Shown: one piece after another, positions 9,262-18,565 of the stretch
Numbering within the stretch: the stretch's first letter is position 1
How the letters are laid out: each line of letters starts with the position of its first letter
DNA from: a virus
Lineage: Duplodnaviria > Heunggongvirae > Uroviricota > Caudoviricetes
Length of the DNA stretch: 64,000 nt
Strand: one strand, 5' to 3'
Virus record (IMG/VR): IMGVR_UViG_3300044259_000028
Location: 18,283-82,282 of that record
The notes under the pieces: generated by a model
Databases searched by the model: none
Told to the model about the DNA's origin: nothing
What the model saw: only the letters and a program-made list of their open reading frames with translations
Made by a program: the position numbers and the translations under genes

Positions 9262-9720
9262 ATGGCTGTTTCAAAAGTACGCACAAGTGCAGGTACTACC
9301 TTATCTGTGTCACCAAATGCACCTGCTACATACGATCTGACAGGTTTTACTGCTCTTACTTTCACCACTGTAGGTGAATTGTCTGATCTTGGATCGTTTG
9401 GTAAGAAATACAATCTAGTGACTTTCAACCCACTAGGTGACCGTAAAACTGTAAAACGTAAAGGTTCATACAATAACGGTACTCTGGCCCTGAAGCTTGG
9501 ATCATCTCCAACTGATGCTGGACAGGTTATCATGGAAGCTGGTTCGAATAGTGATAACTCATATTCGTTCCTAGTGACTACTCAAAGTGGTTCTACCTAC
9601 TACTTCTCTGGCCAGATTATGGGCTGGATGCTGGAAGTTGGTAGTGTTGACCAGATCATGGGCGCAAGCGCTGATCTTGAGATTGACAACGATATCGTTA
9701 AGGGAACCCTGTTCGCTTAA
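9262..9720 (+). CDS. Major tail (tube) protein
   Basis: 152 aa. Followed by a strong terminator and then a promoter, as expected for a highly expressed tail tube gene directly upstream of the chaperone and tape measure genes. Confidence 0.5.
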   Translation: MAVSKVRTSAGTTLSVSPNAPATYDLTGFTALTFTTVGELSDLGSFGKKYNLVTFNPLGDRKTVKRKGSYNNGTLALKLGSSPTDAGQVIMEAGSNSDNSYSFLVTTQSGSTYYFSGQIMGWMLEVGSVDQIMGASADLEIDNDIVKGTLFA

Positions 9721-9723
9721 TAG

Positions 9724-9755
9724 TAATAGCCCTGCCTTCGGGTGGGGCTTTTTCG
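9724..9755 (+). terminator. Rho-independent terminator
   Basis: agccctgcc-ttcg-ggtggggct hairpin plus ttttt. Confidence 0.65.
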
Positions 9756-9771
9756 TTTGTAGCACACTTTC

Positions 9772-9800
9772 TTGACATAAGCAAGTAGTTGTGGTATTAT
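9772..9800 (+). promoter_or_regulatory. Sigma70-like promoter (TTGACA-17-TATTAT)
   Basis: ttgaca at 9772-9777, 17-nt spacer, tattat. Confidence 0.55.
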
Positions 9801-9890
9801 TGCCATACAATAGAGAAATGCAGTTAAACTTGCAGAATATCATAAACCGACAATAACTGTCAATACTATAATTTATAAAGGAACTACCAA

Positions 9891-10307
9891 ATGTCTGACA
9901 TTTCTGATCTGAGCATCCAAGAATCGACTGTACTGCACCTGACGCACCCTGCTAATGGTGAAAAACTGTACATTGACCGTAATGATAAATTCACTCTGGA
10001 AAAGACTGATAAGCCAGTGACTATCACCGTCCTATCGACTTCCTCACGTGAATACCGCATTGCTGTAAACGCTATGCACAATCGCCGTCTGAAACGCGGT
10101 AAAAAGCAAGAAACTGCTGAACAACAAAAAGAAGAAGGCGTCGAACTGCTGGTAGCCGTATGTGCTGGTAGTGAAAACCTGAAATACAAAGGTAATGCTG
10201 TTCGCGATGATGCTGATTTCCGAGCACTTCTGTCGGATGATAAAATGTCGTGGATTAAATCCCAAGTTGATGAAACGCTGGGAAGTGTAGAACTTTTCAT
10301 CGCGTAG
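9891..10307 (+). CDS. Tail assembly chaperone (lambda gpG-like)
   Basis: 138 aa, acidic, immediately upstream of the tape measure gene. Confidence 0.5.
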   Translation: MSDISDLSIQESTVLHLTHPANGEKLYIDRNDKFTLEKTDKPVTITVLSTSSREYRIAVNAMHNRRLKRGKKQETAEQQKEEGVELLVAVCAGSENLKYKGNAVRDDADFRALLSDDKMSWIKSQVDETLGSVELFIA

Positions 10308-10846
10308 TTGTTGACGAGTTAATCTTATATGTCCGTCAGGAAGCTTATTATAATGCTGTTCCTGACGGTGCTAAGATTTCTCGTGCAGAGCAAATAGAGC
10401 GCTACAACGAAGGTATTAAAGAAAAAAGGGTTAGCGACGACGACTCTGAGGAAGATGTAATCAACCTCGATGACACAACAGCTAGCGCCCAAGAGCTACA
10501 AGAGATTCCAATGCCTGACATTTCACCGGGTTCGGAATATCTTGTAGCTTTTTTGCATTCAGCAGGTACAGCTTCTGCTACAGGTATGGGGCTTGTCGGG
10601 TTATCGTGGGCAGAATTAGAAGCATGGGTTAGGTGTGCAGATATGCAAGGTATCGTCACTAGCCGAGATTTAAAAACAATTCATACGTTAAGTAGAGCGT
10701 ATGCTGGGGAGTACGCAAAGGCTTCTCAGAAAGGTGCTAAACCTCCTTATGCACCAGTAGTAGAGATTGAAGAAGTCAGAGAAGTTGTCAATGAACGTGC
10801 TGAAAACATTTTCGAAGCTATGCTACTTGAACAAGGATGGGATTAA
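10274..10846 (+). CDS. Frame -1 extension ORF with no start codon until 10511. Putative GT-like frameshift product fused to 9891..10307
   Basis: Frame 2 is open from 10274 with protein-like translation (VVVDELILYVRQEAYYNAVPDGAK...) and no ATG, GTG or TTG for 79 codons. It overlaps the end of the frame-0 chaperone by ~30 nt. G GGA AGT (10280-10286) and CTTTTC (10293-10298) are candidate slip sites. Confidence 0.4.
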   Translation, partial: NAGKCRTFHRVVVDELILYVRQEAYYNAVPDGAKISRAEQIERYNEGIKEKRVSDDDSEEDVINLDDTTASAQELQEIPMPDISPGSEYLVAFLHSAGTASATGMGLVGLSWAELEAWVRCADMQGIVTSRDLKTIHTLSRAYAGEYAKASQKGAKPPYAPVVEIEEVREVVNERAENIFEAMLLEQGWD

Positions 10847-10863
10847 TTTAATAAAGGAAAATC

Positions 10864-13800
10864 ATGGCAGAAGATATTTCCACTTTAGTACTTGAGGTGA
10901 AATCTCAAGGTATTACAAAGGGAACCAATGACCTTGATAAACTAACTGTTGCAGCAGATAAGGCTGAATCAGCAGTAAAGCGTCTAGGTACATCTTGGGC
11001 ACAGGCCCAAGTAGGAATTTCGACAGGTACAGGGAATGCCTCCGCAATGGCAGGCGCAATTACGGCCCTAACTTCCGCTATTGAAAAGTTAGGTCTGCAA
11101 CAAACTCGTGCCGCCACTACAACAAGAGTCCACAATGTTGCTATGCAGGAAGCACATGCCACTGCGCGTGGCCTAGCAGGCTCTTTAGGAATGCTTTGGA
11201 CGACCTATGGAAATCTGGCTGGTATGGCAACCGGTTTAGCAATCGGTGCTGCCTTGAAGGGCGTTGTAAGCGTTGGTGCGGAAGTTGAGAACACCTTAGC
11301 GAAAATTCAAGTGTTAGGTGGCGCAACAACTGAAGAAGTTGCTAAAATGAAAGATACACTTCTAGCAGTTGGGCAAGGTGCACAAGGACCTAAAGATGTT
11401 GCAGAAGCTTTCTCAGTTCTAACATTAGCAGGTTTAGATGCAAAACAAGCCCTACAAGGGGTAGGAGCATCGCTTAACTTAGCAGTTGCAGGTGATATCA
11501 GTATCGAAAAATCTGCGGAAACACTTGTGCAAGTTGGTACAGCGCTAGGATACACCGCTGATGGATTTAGCCGAGTCTCTGACGTTGTAGCAAAAACTGC
11601 TGCTGTCAGTATGTCATCTGTCGAGTCTATTTCTGGTGCATTCAAGTCAGCCTCATCAGTCGGTGAGTTGTACGGTGCGAGCCTAAGAGACATTGGTGTA
11701 GGTTTAGCAGCAGTCGCTAACCTTGGTATTCAAGGTACTGCTGCTGGTACTGCACTTAAAAATATGTACAAAGACTTGGCTAGTGGTAGTGAAAAAGTTA
11801 CTCAAACACTGAAAGCGATGGGATTGAGTATTAACGACCTTAAAGGTAAGGATGGATATTTCCTACCTATCTACGAGGTTATTGAAAAGCTATCACAAGG
11901 TCTAGATAAAGTTAATGACCGCCAAACTGCGCTAGGTAATCTGTTCGGTGAACGTGGTGTTAAAAGTGCATCAGCACTTATCAAAGAATATAACACAGCT
12001 TCGTCGGCATTGCAAGAAGGTGGAGAAGTATTTAAAAACAAATTAGCAGAACAGATTGACGCTATTAACAAATCCTATGGATTTGCAGCAGAAGCTGCTA
12101 TTGTTATGAGTCAAACTTCTCAGAATCAGTTTAAGTCTGTAACAAACACACTCCAGACTAGTCTGATTAAAGCTTTTGATGACCTATCACCATTAATTGG
12201 TGATATCACCCGTGGCCTAAAGGCTGCATTCACTTCACCTGAGTTTATTGGTGGATTACAGACTATCATCACAACACTAGGAAATCTGATGTTGTGGCTG
12301 ACTAAGAATGGGGATGCAGTTAAAGTAATGATTGGTGCTTTCGCAGCGTTTAAAGCACTTGATATCGCCACCTCATTAATAGCTGTAGGGGCAAGCTTAA
12401 CATCTACTGCCGTGGCTGCTGAAGCTGCTGCAACAGGTATGAGTTCTGCTGGTATCGCTGCTAGAGGATTACAAGCTGCCCTAGGTCCATTTGGTCTAGC
12501 AATCGCAGCAGTAACCACTTTATGGGTTCTGTACAAATCTAAGCAAGACGCCGCACTAAACACAAGTGCTGTTAATGACTTAGGAGATGTTCTTGACAAG
12601 CTAAAAGAAAACCAGAAACAACTTGAGACTAATCACTCAATGCGTATGAGTGGCATGAATGAGGAAGCTATCGCTGCACAAGCTGCTACTAATGCTCAAA
12701 ATAGCGCGATAGACTCCCAGATTGCTAAATCCGCAGAATCAGTTAAAAAGTTAAAAGAAGACTTAAAAGCACGTGAAGCTGCTATGAGTCAAGTAGAACG
12801 TGCGCAAGTAGAACGTGCAAAACGTGCACAAGCTGCTGGTGACAAGGCTTATGGAAGTTCTGAAGCCCGCGATTACCTGACAGCCGTTAAAGCCGTAGCT
12901 GATGCTGAAGCTAAACATCTTAACACAGTTAAGGCCCTAGGTGAACAACGTAAGATTAACTCGGAGCTTGAAAGACGTGACGCCGAAGAGGCTGATGCTG
13001 CTGCAAGAAAATCTCGTGAGCGTGTAGCAGGAACTACGTCATTGACTGGAGATGAACCAGCAAAAGGTCTAGGCACTGCATTAGCTGCTAAGATTTCTGA
13101 AATCCATACAGCTTTAGCTAATATCCAAACTGAATATAAGCAGTACATTGATGACTCTAAAACAATGGTAGCCCTTGGTGAAGCCAATATGTTTGACGAG
13201 TTGAATAATCGTAAAAAAGCAAGTAAAGAGTATTTAGCTGCAATCGAGTCTGCATATCAAATGGAGATTGCGTTAGCTGATAAGTATCGTGACAAGGATG
13301 CTAGTAAACAAAAAGCACATCAAGATGCAATGATTGCCAATGCAGGCAAATATCGTCAAAAGATGATTAGTGCAGTAACAATTGCTGACAACAAAGATGA
13401 AAATGCTGTTTATAAAAAAGAAAAAGAAGCTTACGAAAAACAAATCAATGATATTGATCGTGTAGGAGCGGCTGAAGACAAGCGTCTGTCTAACGAGTTA
13501 AAAGGACTTAAGTCCATTGAAGATGGTGCAGGTCAACTTAAGAGTGTAAAGAGTGATGCTTCTGCAATTGCAACTGAAGAACTGATTCAGCAACAACAAC
13601 TTCGTAACCTTGAGTTAGAAGAAATTATCAGTACAGGTGACGAACAACGTGCAGCAGCACAAGAAGAGTTAAGCTGGGGAGAGAAACGTGTTGCGCGTCT
13701 ACGTGCTATTGCTAATGCACATCGTGAAATTGCCTCAGCACAACGAGTAGAAGAAGCTGATACTCGTATGACTAAAAATCTTGATGATGCTGTTTCCGCT

Positions 13801-16800
13801 GCTAAACGTTTTGAAAAAGCTATGGTGGATGCGTTCGGTGCATCTGGTAAGGCTATTGGTGAAGTCGCTATTGCATTTACACAAATGAACAAGGATCAGG
13901 ATACAGCCCTTGAACGTAAACGTAAGGCTTCAAAAGAAGACCAAGAGTCCGGTAAAGCCCAAGCTGTCTACGAGCAAGAAGCATTAGATGCTCGTATTAA
14001 CGGGTATGCTAACATGGCTTCTGCTGCAAAAGGATTTTTCTCCGTTGGTAGTGCTGGATACAAAACCATGGATGGTATTGCTAAAGTTGCACATGCTGCC
14101 CAAGTAGCACGTAATCTTATCGAGATGACTCAATTAGCAACCAAGGCAGTTCTTAACCAAGCTGCTGGTGATCCGTACACAGCATTTGCACGTATGGCTG
14201 CTATGGCTGCTGCTGTAGCTGCTTTAGGCTTCGCAGTCGGCGGTGGATTCAGTGGTGGAGGTGGTGGAAAAACTGCTGAAGAGGTTCAGAAAACTCAAGG
14301 TACAGGAAGTGTGCTAGGTGCTGCATCGGCAGTATCTGAAAGCATTTCTAAGTCGCTAGAAATCGTAAAAGATAACTCAGGACTAATGCTGCCATTGAAC
14401 CAACAAATGGCTAGTTCTCTGAAAAATATTGAAACAGCTATCGCTGGTGTTGCATCACTGGTAGCACGCTCAACTGGTGTTACATCAGGAAGTAATTTCA
14501 ATGTTCAAACCGGGACAATCGGCAATGCTGGTGGTGTAGCTGGAACTATCCAAAATCTGGTTTCATCTATCCCAGTTATTGGTGGAGTCCTTGGAAATCT
14601 TGCAGGACTTTGGGGTAAGACTACGCAGAAAATTGTGGACTCCGGTATTCAATTTGCAGGTACAGTTAAATCGCTACAATCAGGTTTAGGTTATCAACAG
14701 TACGCGAGTATTGACACTACTAAATCTTCGTACTTTGGATTTAAAAAGAGTACAAGTAACCGCGTGGAAACACAAGGGTTAAGTGATGAACTATCTCAAC
14801 AATTTGGTTTAATCTTTACAGGGTTAGAAGATACATTGACAGCGGCTGCTCCATTACTTGGAAAAAGTGCTAAAGATGTTTCTACCGCAATTGATAACTT
14901 CGTATTACCATTAACTCAAATCTCGTTAAAAGGATTAGAGGGTGATGCATTAACAAATGCAATCAATGGTGTTATTTCTAAATCTCTGGATGATATTGCA
15001 AAAGCAGCGTTTCCGGGCTACGAGAAGTTTACTAAAGTTGGTGAAGGTTATTCTGAGACGTTAATTCGTCTGGCTAACGATGTAGCTACTACGCAACAAG
15101 TGTTTGAACTACTAGGTAAGACACTTGACACTACAAAAGATACAACAGTAGAAGTTGTGGAGTCCTTAGTTACAGCCGCAGGTGGTATAGATAAACTACA
15201 GAGTCTGACAAAGACATTTGTAGATGATTTCTATACTGACGCCGAGAAATTAGCACCTGTTCAGTCGGCATTGACAGCAAGAATGTCTGAGTTAGGTTTT
15301 AGTTCTGTTAAAACAAACGATCAGTTCAAGGCATTGGTATTGTCACAAGACTTGACAACAGAAGCCGGACAGAAAATGTATGTGCAATTACTAAACCTTG
15401 CACCAGCATTTAAATCTGTTACTGATGCTTTAGAGAAGGCTTATACCTCTGCAATGACATTGCTAACAGGTGCACAAAATGCCCTTAAAGACAGTGTTAG
15501 TGCTGAAATTACTAAGCTTGATACCAAACTTACAATCGATAAAGCTAATCTGACAAAAGCTCAAAAGGCTGAAGATGAAGCTGCTAAAGATAGACACCAA
15601 ACTAACTTAGATAATATCGAAACTGAAGGAAAAGCACAATTAGAGGCTGCTAAAGCTGCTAGTGAGGTTGCCAAGAAAGCTAATGATGCTGCATTGTCAG
15701 CAGCAAAAGAACGTGAAACTTCTATCCAGAAAATTCTTGATAGTATCGACACTTCATTAACTGCTACAGAACAGTATGACCTAGCAGCAGCACATGCTAA
15801 AGCATTGGAGACAGTACGTAATGCTACTGCATCAGGTGATATCGCCAACTTCGCAGGATTAGATGATGCTATTAAAGAACTTGCAAAACCTACAGAAAGT
15901 CTGTTTAGCTCGTTCGCTGATTATCAGATTAGCCAAGCTCAAGCTAATGCAGCACTACTAGGATTGAAAGGTGCTGGTACAAATCAATTGACTGATGCAC
16001 AGAAACAAGTGCAAGCATTGACAAGTATTAAAGATGCATTAGAAGTCACTGGTCAAGCTACTATCGATGCGATTAACAAATCTATTGACGATCAAAAGTC
16101 GGCTGAAAATGACCGTTATGACAAGGAACAAAAAGCCTTAGATAATCGTCATCAAGAAGAGTTAGATAAGCTTCAAGCAACTCACGATGGCCAAGTTGCA
16201 GTATTAAATAGCATTCTAACAGAAGCTCAAAGCCAAATCGATGCAATAACCGGTGTTGATACGAGCATTAAAGCTCTGTCTGAAGCCATCCTCAACTTTG
16301 CGAAGTCTGTTGACAAAGCTAATGCTGCTGCTACTAATGCTGGAAAAGATACGACAACCACAAACGCAACAAAAGGTAATACTGCGTTTATCGAGTCGTT
16401 ATTCAATAGTTTGCTTGGCCGCTCAAGTGACAAAGAAGGTATGGCATTCTGGCTTAAAGCTCTTGAAAACGGAGCTACAAGGGAAAGTATTACGCAAGAC
16501 TTCCTGAATAGTGACGAGTACAAGAAACTACATCCAGAAGCATCATTTGCAGTTGGTACAGACTTTGTGCCTAATGATATGGTCGCTAATATCCATAAAG
16601 GCGAGCGTATTATTCCAGCCGCAGATAACGCAGAACTGATGAGACGCTTGAACACTGATGAAGCTACTCCTGAGTCTTCCAAACAAGCATTGCTTGATAG
16701 CAAGATGGATGAGTTAATCGACGCAGTTAAACGTGGAGATGTTGCTAACGTTCAAAAGACGAATGATATGTATCGTATCCTTCGCGATTGGGATGGTAAC

Positions 16801-16824
16801 GGTCTACCTCCAACACGTACATAA
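10864..16824 (+). CDS. Tail tape measure protein
   Basis: 1986 aa, long Ala/Gln/Lys-rich helical sequence with a hydrophobic central region. C-terminal ~60 aa resemble a DUF4214-type fold. Confidence 0.9.
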   Translation: MAEDISTLVLEVKSQGITKGTNDLDKLTVAADKAESAVKRLGTSWAQAQVGISTGTGNASAMAGAITALTSAIEKLGLQQTRAATTTRVHNVAMQEAHATARGLAGSLGMLWTTYGNLAGMATGLAIGAALKGVVSVGAEVENTLAKIQVLGGATTEEVAKMKDTLLAVGQGAQGPKDVAEAFSVLTLAGLDAKQALQGVGASLNLAVAGDISIEKSAETLVQVGTALGYTADGFSRVSDVVAKTAAVSMSSVESISGAFKSASSVGELYGASLRDIGVGLAAVANLGIQGTAAGTALKNMYKDLASGSEKVTQTLKAMGLSINDLKGKDGYFLPIYEVIEKLSQGLDKVNDRQTALGNLFGERGVKSASALIKEYNTASSALQEGGEVFKNKLAEQIDAINKSYGFAAEAAIVMSQTSQNQFKSVTNTLQTSLIKAFDDLSPLIGDITRGLKAAFTSPEFIGGLQTIITTLGNLMLWLTKNGDAVKVMIGAFAAFKALDIATSLIAVGASLTSTAVAAEAAATGMSSAGIAARGLQAALGPFGLAIAAVTTLWVLYKSKQDAALNTSAVNDLGDVLDKLKENQKQLETNHSMRMSGMNEEAIAAQAATNAQNSAIDSQIAKSAESVKKLKEDLKAREAAMSQVERAQVERAKRAQAAGDKAYGSSEARDYLTAVKAVADAEAKHLNTVKALGEQRKINSELERRDAEEADAAARKSRERVAGTTSLTGDEPAKGLGTALAAKISEIHTALANIQTEYKQYIDDSKTMVALGEANMFDELNNRKKASKEYLAAIESAYQMEIALADKYRDKDASKQKAHQDAMIANAGKYRQKMISAVTIADNKDENAVYKKEKEAYEKQINDIDRVGAAEDKRLSNELKGLKSIEDGAGQLKSVKSDASAIATEELIQQQQLRNLELEEIISTGDEQRAAAQEELSWGEKRVARLRAIANAHREIASAQRVEEADTRMTKNLDDAVSAAKRFEKAMVDAFGASGKAIGEVAIAFTQMNKDQDTALERKRKASKEDQESGKAQAVYEQEALDARINGYANMASAAKGFFSVGSAGYKTMDGIAKVAHAAQVARNLIEMTQLATKAVLNQAAGDPYTAFARMAAMAAAVAALGFAVGGGFSGGGGGKTAEEVQKTQGTGSVLGAASAVSESISKSLEIVKDNSGLMLPLNQQMASSLKNIETAIAGVASLVARSTGVTSGSNFNVQTGTIGNAGGVAGTIQNLVSSIPVIGGVLGNLAGLWGKTTQKIVDSGIQFAGTVKSLQSGLGYQQYASIDTTKSSYFGFKKSTSNRVETQGLSDELSQQFGLIFTGLEDTLTAAAPLLGKSAKDVSTAIDNFVLPLTQISLKGLEGDALTNAINGVISKSLDDIAKAAFPGYEKFTKVGEGYSETLIRLANDVATTQQVFELLGKTLDTTKDTTVEVVESLVTAAGGIDKLQSLTKTFVDDFYTDAEKLAPVQSALTARMSELGFSSVKTNDQFKALVLSQDLTTEAGQKMYVQLLNLAPAFKSVTDALEKAYTSAMTLLTGAQNALKDSVSAEITKLDTKLTIDKANLTKAQKAEDEAAKDRHQTNLDNIETEGKAQLEAAKAASEVAKKANDAALSAAKERETSIQKILDSIDTSLTATEQYDLAAAHAKALETVRNATASGDIANFAGLDDAIKELAKPTESLFSSFADYQISQAQANAALLGLKGAGTNQLTDAQKQVQALTSIKDALEVTGQATIDAINKSIDDQKSAENDRYDKEQKALDNRHQEELDKLQATHDGQVAVLNSILTEAQSQIDAITGVDTSIKALSEAILNFAKSVDKANAAATNAGKDTTTTNATKGNTAFIESLFNSLLGRSSDKEGMAFWLKALENGATRESITQDFLNSDEYKKLHPEASFAVGTDFVPNDMVANIHKGERIIPAADNAELMRRLNTDEATPESSKQALLDSKMDELIDAVKRGDVANVQKTNDMYRILRDWDGNGLPPTRT

Positions 16825-16838
16825 TAGAAAGGTCAGTA

Positions 16839-16874
16839 GGACGTAATCGAAAGGTTGCGTCCTATTTGTGTTTA
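16839..16874 (+). terminator. Rho-independent terminator after the tape measure gene
   Basis: aggacg...cgtcct hairpin followed by atttgtgtttatt. Confidence 0.55.
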
Positions 16875-16903
16875 TTGACACAATTCCTAATATATGTTAT
16901 ACT
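16875..16903 (+). promoter_or_regulatory. Sigma70-like promoter (TTGACA-17-TATACT)
   Basis: Read directly. Sits upstream of the RBS and ATG at 16947. Confidence 0.55.
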
Positions 16904-16946
16904 GTCATTTCAGATGCATAGCATCGTAATACTAATAAAGGAAGCT

Positions 16947-18551
16947 ATGAAAATTATCAAACCAACAACTATTAGTACATCCGGCACATTCACAAGATCA
17001 ACTGTCGGATATTATACTAATGTGAACGGTGTAATTACACAAGCTGCAATTAATACACCAAGATTTAACTATAAAGCTGCAAACTTAACCGCAGGAGCAA
17101 CACTTCTACTAGAAGCAGCCGCAACAAACTATATAGAATACTCGTCACAATTTGACAACGCATTCTGGTTTAAACAAGCAGTAACTATCACGCCCGATTT
17201 AGTAGTTAGCCCCGACGGAACAACAACAGGTGACAGGCTAAATGCTTCGGCTGGCAGTGGATTTCATGCATTATCTGCACTTACTAATGACTATAGTGGT
17301 CCATTATCTCTTTCTGTGTACGCTAAAAAAGGTACAGCAAATTGGGTTAAAATTGGATTCACCGATATTTCAACTGCAATTAATTACACAGCGTACTTTG
17401 ATCTGAATACTGGAACAATAGGTACAATTTCAGGAGGTGCAACCTGCACAATTGAAGACTGTTTAAATGGATGGTATCGTTGTTCAGTAAGTGCTACAGT
17501 TATAACAGCCCACTTCCCTTACATTGAGCCACATACAGCAGACGCTCAAGCTGCAAATTGGACAGCAGCAGGCACAGAGAATGTATACATTTGGCAAGCT
17601 CAGTACGAGAGAACAATAAACTTTACAAGTCCTATTTATACATCAGGTGGGCCGGGAACAAGGGCAGCAGACAGCAACACTTCTATGATGCTTTCAAACA
17701 TTCCTGAGAATGATTATCCTGTTTGGAGTGCTGCTACAACGTATGGTGTTGGGGATTTAGTGCTAGATTTAACGACGCATAAGATTTTCTCATCATCAGT
17801 GGCAGGTAACCTAAACCATCCGCCTCCAAATATTTCATATTGGGTAGACACTGGGTACGATAACAGATGGAGAATGTTCGACCAAAGTGTAAATTCACAA
17901 ACATCTAGTGCAACTGGTATTACAGTAGGTGTATTACCAGCAGCAAGATTTGACTCTATTATTGGACTAAATATCTCTGCTGCAACAGTTAACGTAAATG
18001 TTAACGACCCTGTATCAGGTATTGTGTATGAGAAAACACTCCCAATGACTTCATACTCAGATATTCAGGATTGGTATGCGTATTTTTATACTCCTATCCA
18101 GCGTCTGACAGATTTTGTAATTGGAGATATTCCTCCTGTTTACTCAAATGCAACGATCAATGTTACATTATCATCAACAGGCACTTCTTCTATCGGAGCA
18201 CTATTAGTAGGACTATCTAAAACACTTGGTATCTCTGAATGGGGAACTAAAGTTGGCATTATTGATTACAGTGTTAAAACGGTAGACGCCTTTGGTAACT
18301 ACACAATTGTTCAGAGAAACTTCAGTAAACGAGTTGATTTTTCTGTTCAGGTTCCGACAAACAGCGTCGATGATGTTCACTCCACACTAGCTTCATACAG
18401 AAGCACACCGGTAATTTATATCGGATCGAATGATAATGCTACACAACAATTTACGTCAACAATCGTTTACGGATTCTACAAAGACTTCTCGATTGACATT
18501 GCATACCCTGCTTACTCGGTATGTACTGCACAGATCGAAGGCTTAACTTAA
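16947..18551 (+). CDS. Tail tip or distal tail protein (putative; likely start at 16947)
   Basis: 534 aa from MKIIKPTT with AAGGAAG RBS. Ser/Thr/Asn-rich beta-type sequence, position after the tape measure gene. Confidence 0.35.
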   Translation: MKIIKPTTISTSGTFTRSTVGYYTNVNGVITQAAINTPRFNYKAANLTAGATLLLEAAATNYIEYSSQFDNAFWFKQAVTITPDLVVSPDGTTTGDRLNASAGSGFHALSALTNDYSGPLSLSVYAKKGTANWVKIGFTDISTAINYTAYFDLNTGTIGTISGGATCTIEDCLNGWYRCSVSATVITAHFPYIEPHTADAQAANWTAAGTENVYIWQAQYERTINFTSPIYTSGGPGTRAADSNTSMMLSNIPENDYPVWSAATTYGVGDLVLDLTTHKIFSSSVAGNLNHPPPNISYWVDTGYDNRWRMFDQSVNSQTSSATGITVGVLPAARFDSIIGLNISAATVNVNVNDPVSGIVYEKTLPMTSYSDIQDWYAYFYTPIQRLTDFVIGDIPPVYSNATINVTLSSTGTSSIGALLVGLSKTLGISEWGTKVGIIDYSVKTVDAFGNYTIVQRNFSKRVDFSVQVPTNSVDDVHSTLASYRSTPVIYIGSNDNATQQFTSTIVYGFYKDFSIDIAYPAYSVCTAQIEGLT

Positions 18552-18565
18552 TTTAAGGAAACAAA

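Noticed and set aside
10511-10846. Stand-alone 111-aa ORF starting at ATG 10511
   Set aside because: No RBS. The same frame is open and protein-like for 79 codons upstream with no start codon. Better explained as the frameshift extension of the chaperone.
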